From: a virus
Taxonomy: Duplodnaviria; Heunggongvirae; Uroviricota; Caudoviricetes
IMG/VR virus record: IMGVR_UViG_3300028854_000008
Location: 1-63,373 of that record
DNA length: 63,373 bases
Strand: one strand, 5' to 3'
Shown: one piece after another, positions 29,432 through 41,000 of the stretch
Numbering within the stretch: position 1 is the first letter of the stretch
How the letters are laid out: each line of letters begins with the position of its first letter
The notes under the pieces: generated by a model
The model's input: the letters and a program-made list of their open reading frames with translations, nothing else
Told to the model about the DNA's origin: nothing
Databases searched by the model: none
Made by a program: the position numbers and the translations under genes

Positions 29432-31441
29432 ATGAATATTCAAGGACTTGTGAGCCAATTGAATGAGCAACTTCAGACTGCGCAGAAAGATTATTATGTT
29501 GGCACTCCATCAATTTCTGATGCTGAATATGATGCATTGGAAGTGCAGTTGATTGCTCTCGTTGAAACGAATCCTCAGTTTGCTTCGATTGCAACCGTGT
29601 TAAATTCTGTTGGCGATTCAAAAAACTCAGAAACTCGAATCCTTCACGACCGACCAATGCTTTCAATCGAAAATTATTATACTTCAGAAAGTTTTTGTGA
29701 AGCTGCCAAAAACTATGGTTATTTTCTTTTGGAAGAGCCAAAGCGAGATGGAATTTCTTGTGAATTGAAGTATGAAAATGGCAAGCTTTATCAAGCTGTC
29801 ACTCGCGGCGATGGCGAAGCGGGCGAAGATATGACTGCTCAAGTTAAGCATTGCAAAGCAATTCCTCAAACAATTTCAGTAAAATATAATGTTCGTGTTC
29901 GCGGAGAATTGGTTATGCGTAATTCAGAATTAGCGCGAATTAATTCTCTTGGTGGAAAAATTCATTCCAACACAAGGAATTTGACAGCCGGTACGATGAA
30001 ACAAAAAGATTTGAGTGTTGTTGATTCTCGTGAAATTATTTTGGTTCCATGGGATTTGTATTCTCCCACTGAAGATGCAAAACTTCCTGATAGTGCATAT
30101 GATCGCATGAAGTTGACTGAATCTTTTGGATTCCCAAAGTATGAAGGTGTTCGCATTCCCAGCGCAGAGATTCATTCAACACTAGTATCTTTGCTGGCTA
30201 CACTAAAGAATTCAGATATTACTGCTGATGGAGTTGTGATTAAAGTTGATAGTCACAAGCTTCGCAATAAGCTTGGTGTTGGAAACAAGTATACAAAGTA
30301 TCAGCATTGCTTTAAGCCGCAGAATCTTGCTGCTGAAACAACATTGCTTTCAATCGAATATGGTCTTGGTCGCACTGGAAAGATTACGCCAGTTGCAATT
30401 CTCGCTCCTGTAAATCTTGGCGGAGCAATGATTTCCCGCGCTACTCTTTGCAACGAAACATATATGGAAAATTTGGGAATTATGATTGGAGCGACTGTAA
30501 AAGTATTGCGCTCTGGAGATGTGATTCCATTTATTTGTGGTGTTGTGAATTCAAAGAATGCAAAGCCATATGTTTTCCCAACCACTTGCTTGTCTTGTGG
30601 AACAAAGTTGAAGACTGATTTGACTGCGAAGATTGTTCAGCGTTTTTGTGAAAATAGTGCTTGTCCTGGAAAAGCTGCGGAGCAGTTTGCATACATTTCT
30701 CATCGTGATACTTTAGAAATCGATTGTCTTGGCGACAGTATGGCAATTGAACTTGTTGAGCATAAAATTGTTGATATTGCAAATTTATTTGAATTTGGTA
30801 ATGATATTATTTCTAGTCAAAATAGAAACCACGGCTATCCTACAACAAATGATTTGGCAAATACATATGGTTTTCGCTCTGGTGTAAACATTCTCAAGAT
30901 GGTAAAGAGTTTGGAAACAGCCAAAAAAGCAACTTGGGATCGCTGGTTTGCTTCTCTTGGAATCGAAAATATTGGTCATTCTCTTGGAAAAGATATTGCA
31001 ATTGCATTAAATCTTACTTCAGAAGATATGAAGTCATTGCCAAAATTGCTTCTCAACTTGCCTGCATTAAATTTAAATAAGTTGGGGCCAGTTAAGACTG
31101 GCGCTATTATTGATTGGGCCAAGAATGCAAGCAATATCACTCTTTGCAATCGTCTGTATAATGCTGGAGTTCGCCCAAGTGTAAAAAATGTTCCTGTAGT
31201 TGCTTCTGGCGCTAAGTTGTCTGGTATCAAATTTGTAGTAACAGGCACTCTTTCAATTGGAACTAGAAAAGAAATTTCTGCTCAGTTGGTTGCATTGGGT
31301 GCTGAAGAATTGAGCGCAGTATCTTCGTCTTGTAATTTGCTTGTAGTAGGAGAAGATGCAGGAAGTAAATTAGAAAAAGCACAAAAGAAAGGAATTAAAA
31401 TTGTTGATGAAAAATGGGTCAAGGAAGTTTTGGGACTTTAA
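29432..31441 (+). CDS. ligA: NAD-dependent DNA ligase
   Basis: YYVGTPSISDAEYD, HDRPMLS, EPKRDG (KxDG), RGDGEAGED, DGVVIK, GRTGKITP, Zn finger, C-terminal BRCT. Confidence 0.95.
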   Translation: MNIQGLVSQLNEQLQTAQKDYYVGTPSISDAEYDALEVQLIALVETNPQFASIATVLNSVGDSKNSETRILHDRPMLSIENYYTSESFCEAAKNYGYFLLEEPKRDGISCELKYENGKLYQAVTRGDGEAGEDMTAQVKHCKAIPQTISVKYNVRVRGELVMRNSELARINSLGGKIHSNTRNLTAGTMKQKDLSVVDSREIILVPWDLYSPTEDAKLPDSAYDRMKLTESFGFPKYEGVRIPSAEIHSTLVSLLATLKNSDITADGVVIKVDSHKLRNKLGVGNKYTKYQHCFKPQNLAAETTLLSIEYGLGRTGKITPVAILAPVNLGGAMISRATLCNETYMENLGIMIGATVKVLRSGDVIPFICGVVNSKNAKPYVFPTTCLSCGTKLKTDLTAKIVQRFCENSACPGKAAEQFAYISHRDTLEIDCLGDSMAIELVEHKIVDIANLFEFGNDIISSQNRNHGYPTTNDLANTYGFRSGVNILKMVKSLETAKKATWDRWFASLGIENIGHSLGKDIAIALNLTSEDMKSLPKLLLNLPALNLNKLGPVKTGAIIDWAKNASNITLCNRLYNAGVRPSVKNVPVVASGAKLSGIKFVVTGTLSIGTRKEISAQLVALGAEELSAVSSSCNLLVVGEDAGSKLEKAQKKGIKIVDEKWVKEVLGL

Positions 31442-31457
31442 TTTGAAAGGAAATATA

Positions 31458-31716
31458 ATGGCGTATTAAAAAGCTTCAAAAACTGGTCCTATTGCTGGCA
31501 CAGTAGTTTGTGCAACTGGAACTTTTGAAAACTGATTGTGTGCTGAAGATATTAAATGTTGAATAGAAGATGAGGGAGCAATTTTATGTAAGTGTCGTTA
31601 CAGATAAATGTACTTTATTGATCGCTAGAAAGCTGGCCAAACAACTGCAAAAAGCGATTGATAAGGGAATGAAAAATGGTATTGTGATTATATGGATAAG
31701 AAATATTCAGAGGTAA
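31458..31716 (+). pseudogene. Decayed stand-alone BRCT-domain gene
   Basis: SD plus ATG, then frameshifted GPIAGTVVCATGTFEN*..EDIKC*IEDEGA...LIA...QKAIDKG. Confidence 0.6.
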
Positions 31717-31722
31717 TATAAT

Positions 31723-31986
31723 ATGAAGAAATATATTTTTTTAGGATTACTTTTATTTACAGGTTGCGGCCATAACAAATTAATGAAGATGTATGGATAT
31801 TTTTATATTCAACCGAATTATGGGACTTATGTTGTAATGTTATCAACTAGTGATGGATATGATAGTGATGGAGATGTTACTGTAACCAAAAATCTTTCTT
31901 TTGAAGAAGCAACAAATGTATGCAATAATTTAAATAAAGACTTGTCTCAGAATATAAATGTTGGCCTTAAATATAAAGATAAATAA
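31723..31986 (+). CDS. Putative lipoprotein
   Basis: MKKYIFLGLLLFTG-C lipobox. Confidence 0.65.
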   Translation: MKKYIFLGLLLFTGCGHNKLMKMYGYFYIQPNYGTYVVMLSTSDGYDSDGDVTVTKNLSFEEATNVCNNLNKDLSQNINVGLKYKDK

Positions 31987-32022
31987 CATCGTTACAAGAG
32001 TTAATATGAATGGAGAAAATTT

Positions 32023-32715
32023 ATGAAGAGATATTTTTATATTATTTTTATTCTAATTTTTTCTACTCACTATGCTTACGGAAGACCTGTGCATCATTCG
32101 CGTGGTCATTCTATAAATCATTTATTATTGCGTTCATTCATTCATTCATTCTGGAACCCAATGTTTCCTCCAAGTCATGCATCATTGATTCGACAGAACA
32201 AAGAAATAGACAGGATTGGCCTTCATCGTATCAAGAATGATAAAGAACTTACAGAACTTGTCAATTCTGGCGCGTTGGTTCCTCTTCCTCTTAATTCACA
32301 TTTGACTGTAGATCCTCGTCTTCCAGTAAATAGACGATATTGCAGACCATGGACAGCAGAATTTCTTACTAATTTAAGTGATGATTTTTATGCCAAATTT
32401 GGTTCTCCAATTAGAGTAAATTCTGCTGTCAGAACAGTAGAAGTACAAAAGAAGCTTTTAAAATATAACCCAAATGCTGCCCCAATTTCTGGAGATTCAG
32501 CATCTTCTCATTTGGCAGGACTCACTGTAGATTTGGAGCGTAAGAATTTAACTATAGAGCAAGTTAGATTTATTGAAGTTAAATTATTGCCATTGCAAAA
32601 TCAAGGACTTATTGAAATTGAAGAAGAACATCGTGAATTATGTTTTCATATTATGGTATCAGGCCGGTATGGAGATTTTTCAGAATCAAATGAAAATTTT
32701 TATAATTTAAACTAA
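32023..32715 (+). CDS. Peptidase M15-like (DUF5715-type) exported protein
   Basis: Signal peptide; VNSAVRT, SSHLAGLTVDL (HxxxxxxD), CFHIMV. Confidence 0.65.
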   Translation: MKRYFYIIFILIFSTHYAYGRPVHHSRGHSINHLLLRSFIHSFWNPMFPPSHASLIRQNKEIDRIGLHRIKNDKELTELVNSGALVPLPLNSHLTVDPRLPVNRRYCRPWTAEFLTNLSDDFYAKFGSPIRVNSAVRTVEVQKKLLKYNPNAAPISGDSASSHLAGLTVDLERKNLTIEQVRFIEVKLLPLQNQGLIEIEEEHRELCFHIMVSGRYGDFSESNENFYNLN

Positions 32716-32731
32716 ATATTTAGAGGATTCA

Positions 32732-33247
32732 ATGAAAAAATTATTTATTGCCATTGCCTTGCTCAATCCAATAATTGGATTGAGCCAAAATTTATCTTTT
32801 CCAACTGATGAAGAAATATTAAATGTAATTTCAAATGAAGAAACAAGTATTAATAATTATGAAACTTTTTTAAATACACATTCTTTATTAATTGATGCCA
32901 ATGTAATAGATGAAAATAAAAAAGAAATAAAAGCTATTCGTTATGAAATTTCATATTATAAAACCCATGGTGATAGTGCAATTTTATTAGTTTCATTACT
33001 ATCTTCTATAGATGATTTAACATTATCATCTTCAATAACTCGATCAGACATTATTACCAATGGAATAGGATATTTGGGGAAAGATAAAAATAAAGTATCA
33101 GAATGTATTGAAGCTGCCAATTTAATTTTAAAAGATCAAAAACTATTACTTGACTCCTCAGTTGATTTATTACAACTGACTTTAAAATATGTTGCAGTTG
33201 AAGAACTTATAATAAGTAGCAAATCATCCATTAAAAATAATAGTTAA
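32732..33247 (+). CDS. Exported hypothetical protein
   Basis: Signal-peptide-like N-terminus. Confidence 0.55.
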   Translation: MKKLFIAIALLNPIIGLSQNLSFPTDEEILNVISNEETSINNYETFLNTHSLLIDANVIDENKKEIKAIRYEISYYKTHGDSAILLVSLLSSIDDLTLSSSITRSDIITNGIGYLGKDKNKVSECIEAANLILKDQKLLLDSSVDLLQLTLKYVAVEELIISSKSSIKNNS

Positions 33248-33256
33248 AAGGATTAT

Positions 33257-33619
33257 ATGAATTTTTTACAAACAAATGGTGATGAGTGCAGTGTTACTGC
33301 ATTGGATATTTTATCTGCTGCATTCTTTTTTAAAGGAATGGTTTTCGGGCAAATTGAACGAGATATTCCAGAAACATTCATTATTATGGCTGACGATCAA
33401 AATAATACATTTGAATTAATTACTACTGATAATTATATTGCTTGCGTTCTATCTGAATTGGAAGAATCAATAAATGAAAAAGGTTGGAGGCCAATTGCAA
33501 TCGAATTTTGTGAAGATGACGAAGATTTCACTATGATTGATTTGCATTATTTTGGTGATCCTTCAGAAAAAGATATTGCATTGATTAATTCAATGTTTAC
33601 AGAAGATAAGGAAAAATAA
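33257..33619 (+). CDS. Acidic hypothetical protein
   Basis: 120-aa ORF with SD. Confidence 0.6.
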   Translation: MNFLQTNGDECSVTALDILSAAFFFKGMVFGQIERDIPETFIIMADDQNNTFELITTDNYIACVLSELEESINEKGWRPIAIEFCEDDEDFTMIDLHYFGDPSEKDIALINSMFTEDKEK

Positions 33620-34182
33620 TGAAAATATTTTCTATTGGTACTCGCAGTATGCTTTTTGGGGCACACTGCTTCTTTTTACACCCGTGGTTTGTAGCATTTT
33701 CTTGGTATAAACTTTATGGTTTTCCATTTGATCCCAGATTGTGGGTTGCATTTTTCTTTCATGATTTCGGATATTTTGGAAAAACCAATATGGATGGTCC
33801 AGAAGGCGAGACTCATCCTGAATTTGGTGCAAATATAATGACATTTTTATTTGGAGAAGAATGGGGAGATTTTACGAGATATCATTCTCGTTATTATGCC
33901 AAAAAGAATGGTAAGCCAGTTTCAAAATTATGTTTTGCAGATAAACTTTCATTTGTTTACACTCCAAGATGGCTTTATTTACTTATGGTTACTTTAACAG
34001 GAGAAATTTATGAATATTTGGAAAATGGAAAATCTGCTGATAATGATCATTGGAAGCCAACAGGAGATGATGCGAAAGTGTGGCATTCTCAATTAAAATC
34101 TTATTTTATAAAATGGGTTAATGAACACCGAGATGGGGTAGAGGATACTTGGACTGCTAAAAGACATTTAGGAAAAGAATAA
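33619..34182 (+). CDS. Hypothetical protein (HD-like His/Asp residues)
   Basis: FFHDFG, HSRYY, FADKLS. Confidence 0.6.
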   Translation: MKIFSIGTRSMLFGAHCFFLHPWFVAFSWYKLYGFPFDPRLWVAFFFHDFGYFGKTNMDGPEGETHPEFGANIMTFLFGEEWGDFTRYHSRYYAKKNGKPVSKLCFADKLSFVYTPRWLYLLMVTLTGEIYEYLENGKSADNDHWKPTGDDAKVWHSQLKSYFIKWVNEHRDGVEDTWTAKRHLGKE

Positions 34183-34433
34183 CAATGGTGAAAAACAACA
34201 AGTACTATTATTTTAAATGATGTATTGGCTGATGACGCTTTTAAATTTGAGTGGACATATAGCAAATAATAAATATAGGATAAAATATGAGAACAGATCG
34301 AACCGATTTTAATGAATCCTGGTTAATGGAAATGCCAGAAAGTATTGGAACTTTTGAATTATATGATATGATTGAATATAATTATTATAAGGTTGAAAAA
34401 ATCAGAATTTGCAGAATTTAGATATGTTTTATT

Positions 34434-34706
34434 ATGATACAAAAAATGGATGCCACACAATTCGATTGGATTATTTGGAGAAATGGTAACGTTTGGGATG
34501 ATTTTCATATTCCTTGTAGAACGCTTGCGTTAATTGCAAATCGTGATATACTAAGAACATATGCAATTGGATGGTGCTACGGAGAAAATTTAATTTGCCG
34601 CCCAAAAGAAAATCATGTCGCAATAATGTTTTGCAAAAATGAAAAGCAATTTTGGTTTCATTTGAGACTAAATGAATTTGAAAAAATATTTCAGGAAGAG
34701 AAATAA
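34434..34706 (+). CDS. Hypothetical protein
   Basis: 90-aa ORF. Confidence 0.55.
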   Translation: MIQKMDATQFDWIIWRNGNVWDDFHIPCRTLALIANRDILRTYAIGWCYGENLICRPKENHVAIMFCKNEKQFWFHLRLNEFEKIFQEEK

Positions 34707-34707
34707 A

Positions 34708-35667
34708 ATGATTGATGATTTAATAAATATAGGATTCTATACACTTTCAGATAATCGCTGCTTAAACTCATCTTCAACTTCAGATTTGCAGAGATGTGAA
34801 TTATTAGTCTCTTCAAGATGCAATTTCAAATGTAGTTATTGCAGAAATATCGGTGGGCCAGATATGCCTTATTCGCAGGCAGAAAATGTTGTACGTTTAT
34901 GGGCCTCGCAAAGATTAAAAAATATAAGATTTAGTGGCGGAGAACCCACGCTGTATCCTGGCATTGTAAAGCTTGTATTGCTGGCAAAAGAACTTGGATG
35001 TGAGCACGTTGCAATTTCAACCAATGGTTCTGCATCGAAAGATATGTACGATTCTTTGTTGCAAGCAGGATGCAATGATTTCAGCGTAAGTCTTGATGCT
35101 TGCTGTGCTGCTGACGGCGATGTTATGTCAGGCACAAAAGGGCAATGGGATAAAATTGTTAGCAATATTAAGTATCTTTCGTCCAAGACATATGTGACTG
35201 TTGGATGTGTATTAACAGATGCTAATGCAGATAAAGTTAACGATATTATTACTTTTGCTGATTCTCTTGGAGTGTCAGATATTCGTATAATTCCCGCTGC
35301 CCAAGATGGAGACAGGTTGAAGAATGTTTTTGTGGCAACAGAATTACTTGATAAGTATCCAATTCTAAAATACAGAATTGAAAATCTTCAAGAAGGGAAA
35401 CCAGTTCGTGGGTTGGGAAATGATGACACAGACAAGTGCGGGTTAGTATTGGATGATATGGCTGTTTGTGAAAACAAACATTATCCTTGCATAATTTATT
35501 TGCGAGAAGGCGGGCAAGCTGTTGGCTTTGTGAGTCCAAACATTCGTAAAGAAAGATTGGAATGGTATAAGAATCATAACACCAAGACTGATCCAATTTG
35601 TTCTAAGAATTGTTTGGATGTTTGTGTTAGCTTCAATAATAAATTTCAGAAATATCATTCTAAGTAA
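34708..35667 (+). CDS. Radical SAM protein
   Basis: CNFKCSYC, FSGGEPT, STNGS, SVSLD; Cys-rich C-terminus. Confidence 0.9.
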   Translation: MIDDLINIGFYTLSDNRCLNSSSTSDLQRCELLVSSRCNFKCSYCRNIGGPDMPYSQAENVVRLWASQRLKNIRFSGGEPTLYPGIVKLVLLAKELGCEHVAISTNGSASKDMYDSLLQAGCNDFSVSLDACCAADGDVMSGTKGQWDKIVSNIKYLSSKTYVTVGCVLTDANADKVNDIITFADSLGVSDIRIIPAAQDGDRLKNVFVATELLDKYPILKYRIENLQEGKPVRGLGNDDTDKCGLVLDDMAVCENKHYPCIIYLREGGQAVGFVSPNIRKERLEWYKNHNTKTDPICSKNCLDVCVSFNNKFQKYHSK

Positions 35668-35729
35668 TAAATGGGAATTACTCCCGTAATGTCGATGCAG
35701 TGACTACAGTGCTTGAAAGGAAGCAGCAA

Positions 35730-35990
35730 ATGAACGATGAGAAGTTCCCACTGAGAATCAGTAAATCGGTGGCTCCATTCGGCTATTCGATGCACGCAGA
35801 TAGAACAGTTAACACCGACAGCAATGTGACTTATAGATGCACTGGAATGATTGTTACTATTGCTGAAGATAGACAAAGAGCAAAACGGGAATACTGCCCA
35901 TTTCAAGTGTCTATCGACCCGCGAGACATGGCTGTAGACACTGCTTGCACCTTGTTCTCTCAGCATTGGGATCAGCAGGAACACGAATGA
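35730..35990 (+). CDS. Hypothetical protein
   Basis: SD AAAGGAAG; visibly higher GC than flanks. Confidence 0.5.
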   Translation: MNDEKFPLRISKSVAPFGYSMHADRTVNTDSNVTYRCTGMIVTIAEDRQRAKREYCPFQVSIDPRDMAVDTACTLFSQHWDQQEHE

Positions 35991-36216
35991 CGATCAGGCG
36001 AAAATTATTAAAATGACAAATGAAAAATTTGTAAATCAATTTATCTAGACTGTTGTGAAATATATGGAGGATTGGTGTTATATCTCTCTCTCATAGAGAC
36101 AGTATTTTTATGAACGAATATTACTGTCAAATCTTTGTGATAGAATAATCTTGGAAACAAGCATAAACTTATCTAAAAGAAGTAATGATATTTGAATTAT
36201 CATCATAAATAGTAAT

Positions 36217-36786
36217 ATGAAACTAAATGAAATAATTTTAAACGAGCATGTAGTAAATTTATATTCAAGCGAAGATAAAAATAAATATGTGTCTAAAGTT
36301 TGGGATATGCTACAATCAAGTTACGAAAAATCAGGAGGATTCAAATCAGCTTCATCCCCAGAAGAACTTATTAAAAAATCAGGCTTATGGAAATTAGTTA
36401 CTCGTAATGGAAATATAACTGCTCTTAGAATATATAAAAATCAATTTGGAAAAAAAGCAATTGCGGCTGGAACAAATGGAACTACTCAAGGCAAAATAGA
36501 TTACATGTTTATCAATAAAGAAGATATATCATTAGGAAGAGCATGGGCAGAAGTTAGTGGAGCACCAGAACATATAATGAAACGATCTGGAGCAATTCCA
36601 ATTCCAGCCAAATTTGCAGAATTTTTAACAAAGAAGCTAATATTAAAAATTAGTGATGATGGCTTTCATTATATTAGATTAATAAAAGGTGAGCCATTTG
36701 AAAAAATTATTTACGGAACTGCTTCATTGACTGATTCTGAAAAGAAAGAAGCTGAAAAATTGGATATAGATTTCAAATTAATTTGA
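36217..36786 (+). CDS. Hypothetical late protein
   Basis: ATAAATA at 36205; MKLNEIILNE start typical of this phage's late genes. Confidence 0.65.
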   Translation: MKLNEIILNEHVVNLYSSEDKNKYVSKVWDMLQSSYEKSGGFKSASSPEELIKKSGLWKLVTRNGNITALRIYKNQFGKKAIAAGTNGTTQGKIDYMFINKEDISLGRAWAEVSGAPEHIMKRSGAIPIPAKFAEFLTKKLILKISDDGFHYIRLIKGEPFEKIIYGTASLTDSEKKEAEKLDIDFKLI

Positions 36787-36829
36787 CTTTTCTATATTGG
36801 TGTTATAAAATAAGAGTAGAGGAAAAATA

Positions 36830-37396
36830 ATGTTTGTGATATATTTGCATGGTTTCGCTGGAATTGGAATGGGAGATAAAAGTCAAGCATTTGTAAATGC
36901 TTTTGGAAAAGAGCATGTTTCTTCTCCAGATTTGCCAGTTAATCCCATTGAAGTTGAAAAAATTATTAATAATATAGTTAGAAAAAATGAAGATTATCCA
37001 TTAATTTTTGTCGGAACAAGTCTGGGTGGATTTTGGGCAAATTACTTTTCTCAAAAATGGGACACTCTATGTGTAATTGTGAATCCAGCAACCAGACCAA
37101 GCAAATCTTTAAAAAAATATTTAGGAAAAACTATTAGCAAATATACCAAAAAAGAAATTATTGTAACTGAAGAAGATTTATTGGAATATGCAAAAATAGA
37201 AAAATATTTGTCAGAAAATACAAACGAAAATAATATTAGTATGTTCATTGCCAATGATGATAGTATAATTTCGCCAGAAGAAACATTAAAAAATTTGCCA
37301 AACACATCATATGTCGAATTAAAGAATGACGGCGGCCATAGATTTGAAAAATATTGGAATGAAGTAACTGCAAGAATTCAAGAATTACTTAAATAA
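36830..37396 (+). CDS. YqiA/YcfP-like alpha/beta hydrolase (esterase)
   Basis: YLHGF, nucleophile GTSLGG, NPA, GGHRF. Confidence 0.85.
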   Translation: MFVIYLHGFAGIGMGDKSQAFVNAFGKEHVSSPDLPVNPIEVEKIINNIVRKNEDYPLIFVGTSLGGFWANYFSQKWDTLCVIVNPATRPSKSLKKYLGKTISKYTKKEIIVTEEDLLEYAKIEKYLSENTNENNISMFIANDDSIISPEETLKNLPNTSYVELKNDGGHRFEKYWNEVTARIQELLK

Positions 37397-37412
37397 GTTT
37401 TAGGAGAAGCAA

Positions 37413-37954
37413 ATGAGTGTTTTTAAAAATATAAGTGCTAAATTAGAATCTAATGAACAATTTTTTCGTTGTATGTTAAGGAAAATTTGGATTTAAATAG
37501 GATAGAGATTCGATTATTAAAATATCCATTTACTGATACAACTAATAATATTTGGGATTATTTAAATTTAATTAACATTGAAACTATTATACCAAATTCA
37601 GATGAATTAGAAAAATCTGGAAATTTTATAACTGTTTACCAAATAGAACGAATTTTGTTCAAAGCCATAAATCAAATTTTTACTAATACGCATCGTGGTT
37701 TTGGTAATATTATTTTATGTGGGAAAGAATTTAAAGAAGCAATCAATAATGTAAATATTAATAATTTTAGAAAAAATTTAGATATTAAAATCATTGAATC
37801 TTCAGAAATTCCATCTAAAGAAGCAATTATAACTCGTGTTGGTTGCAGCAATAGTGATTTTCCATTTTTCTATTATGAAAATGGTGATGGTAATATTGAA
37901 TATAAAAACCATCCATATTTTCAGAAATATGTTGTTCGTTTGAAACTGTTGTAA
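37413..37954 (+). CDS. Short paralog of the C-terminal part of a gp23-like major capsid protein; apparent frameshift at T6 37461-37466
   Basis: AINQIFTNTHRGFGNIILCG resembles gp23 ANxIAxxTRRGxGNxIICS; SD AGGAG plus ATG at 37413 joins the ORF if one T is added. Confidence 0.5.
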
Positions 37955-38010
37955 TATACTAAATACATACCTGCACCATAATAAAAATTAAAATATAGAG
38001 GAAATATAAA

Positions 38011-41000
38011 TTGAACGATTTTTTAGTTAACCCACACCCATCCCAAGTTACAGTATTTGAAGACAGCTTTTCTGAAGAAGTATGGTCAAATACATATAAA
38101 AATTATAAAGACAAAGATATTAATGATACTTTTAATCGTGTTGCACAAGCAATTGCAAGCGTAGAAAAAACAGAAGATTTAAGAAAAGAATGGGCAGAAA
38201 AATTTTATGATATGATGTGTAATTTTTCTGTCGTTCCTGGTGGAAGAATTTTAGCAAATGCAGGTACAGAATTTCGTGGAACAAGTTTAATTAATTGTTT
38301 TGTTGGTCCAACTCCAAAATATGATTGCGATAGTTTATCTGGAATTTTAGAAGTTTTAAGAAGCCAATCAATTACTTTAAAGAGCGAAGGTGGGTGGGGA
38401 AAGAATTTTTCTTTTATCCGACCAAGAGGAACTTTTATTAAAGGAATTGGTGTTGAAACTCCTGGAGCAGTAAAGTTTATGGAACTATTTGACAAGAGTT
38501 CTGAAATTATTACAGCAGGTTCTGGAAAGAAAGCTTCAAATAAAAAAGCAAAAGGAAAAATAAGAAAAGGGGCGATGATGGGAATTTTGGATATTTCCCA
38601 TCCTGACATTATTGAATTTATTACTATAAAGCAAACTTCCAATAGATTATCTAAATTTAATCTTAGTATAAACTGCTCTGATAAATTTATGGATAAAGTA
38701 TTGTTAGTTAGTAAATTAAAAAAAGAAAGTGGTAGCCAGGAACAAATCGATGAAATAACATGGGATCTAATTTTTCCAGATACAACTTATGAAAAATATA
38801 AAGAAGAATGGTGCGGCGATATTCAAGATTGGCAAGAAAAAAATTATCCAGTAATTGTTTATCAAACAGTAAAAGTAGATTGGTTATGGAACCTTATTAC
38901 TCAATCAACTTATTCAAGAAATGAACCTGGAATTTTATTTTTAGATCGTGCAAATAAATTTAATGAATTAAATTATGCTGAAAAAATATTTGCAAGTAAC
39001 CCATGTGTTACTTTGGATTCATGGGTAACAACAAGTCGCGGAGCAAAACAAGTTAAAGAATTATTGGGAATTCCATTTACTGCTATTGTTGATGGTATTT
39101 GTTGGAATAGTTCTGAAAAGGGATTTTTTGTATCAGGAAATAAGCCTATTTTAAAAATAAGTACAATAAATGGCTATACCTTAAAAGTTACAGAAAATCA
39201 TAAAATAAAAATTTTAAGAAATAATAAAATTGATTGGATTGCTGCTGGAAAATTATCTATTGGTGATCAAATTTTTATTAATAATCATTCGTCAGTAGAT
39301 GTTAAAATATCTGAAAAAAATGATGCTATTGGATATGCGTTAGGATTGCTGGTTGGGGACGGAAATATTAGTGGAAAAAATGCTCATTTATGTTCTTGGG
39401 GAAATACAGAAGGAGTTAAAAATGTTCGTAATAAAGTTATGCAAGAATTGCTTCAATATGCTTCTCCAGCAAAAACTTTTAAAGGATGGCATGAAGTAAA
39501 AGGAAGAAATGAATATCGAATTCAATTTAAGGATTTGCATTCTTATGCAATATCATATGGACTTACTTCATCAAATAAACATGTAAATAAAACAATTGAA
39601 GAAGATATTTATATCAGCAAAGGATTTATTCGTGGGATGTTTGATGCTTATGGGTCTGTTCAAGGAAATAGAGATACAGGTTTGAGTATTCGTCTAAGTC
39701 AAAGCAATTTAGAAGATTTGCAAGCAATTCAACGAATGTTAGTTAGATGGGGAATTGTTTCTACCATATATGAAAACAAGAGAGATGAATGTTTGAAGGA
39801 TATGCCTGATGGAAAAGGTGGAAAAAAAGAATATCTATGTAAAGCAAATCATGAATTGGTATTATCTAAAAGTAATATAGAAAAATATTTAAATATTATT
39901 GGATTTTATGATTCAGATAAAAAAGAAAAATGTGAAAGACTTTTAACTGAATATGTTTATGGATTACATAAAGAAACATATTTAGCAGAAATATCCTCAA
40001 TTGAAAATTTTCCAAATGAAATTGTAGCGGATTGCGAAATCCCTGGAATTAATGCATTTGATTGTAATGGATTGGTAATTTCAAATTGCGGAGAGCAATT
40101 ACTTTCAAATGAAAATATTTGTTGTTTGGGATCTTTAAATCTAACTCAATTTATTAATAAAAATAGAACTGGATTTGATTTACATAAATTAGCGAAATAT
40201 ACAAAATATTTAATAAGATTTTTGGATAATGTAAATGATTATTCAGATGCTCCTCTTCCAGAATACATTAATTCAATGAGAAATAAACGAAGAATTGGCG
40301 CAGGATTAATGGGATGGGGAAGCGCATTATTTATTCTCAAAGTCAAATATGGTTCCAAAGAATCAACAAAGCTAAGAACTGAAATTTTAAAAACTTATAC
40401 ATTGGCTGGTGTTGAAGCGTCATTGGATTTAGCTGATGAAAAAGGAATGTTTAATTTATGTGAGCCAGAAAAACATGCCTTTAGTCCATATTGGGATAAT
40501 ATTGATTTGCCAGAAAATCTTCGTAAAAGAATTCTCAAGAATGGTATTAGAAATTCTTCACTATTTAGTTGCCAACCAACAGGAAATGCTGGTGTAACAG
40601 CTCAGATTGTATCGGGTGGAATTGAGCCCGTATTTATGTCTGAATATATTAGAACAGTTATCGTATCTTCAACGCCGGATCATATTAAAGATGTAACTCC
40701 AAATTGGAATCAAGGAGAATGGGCTGAGACTAATATGTTTAAATTCTCCCAAGAAGGAGATGAGCAAATTTTACGCGGTGTGGATAGTAATGGAGTTGTA
40801 TATAAAATCGATAAAAATAGAGGATTAACAAAAGAAGTTCTATGTCAGGATTATGGAGTTAGATATTTAACTAAATTTGGAGAGTGGAATCCTTCTGCTG
40901 ATTGGGCAGCAACAACTACTTCTTTATCAGTCAAAGATCATTTGGTTGAATTAGAGGGATTTGCAAAATATTTAGATAGCAGTGTATCAAAAACGATTAA

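Noticed and set aside
29406-31248. Multiple minus-strand ORFs within ligA, and similar antisense ORFs in nrdJ, nadV and the helicase
   Set aside because: Shadow ORFs opposite well-supported genes
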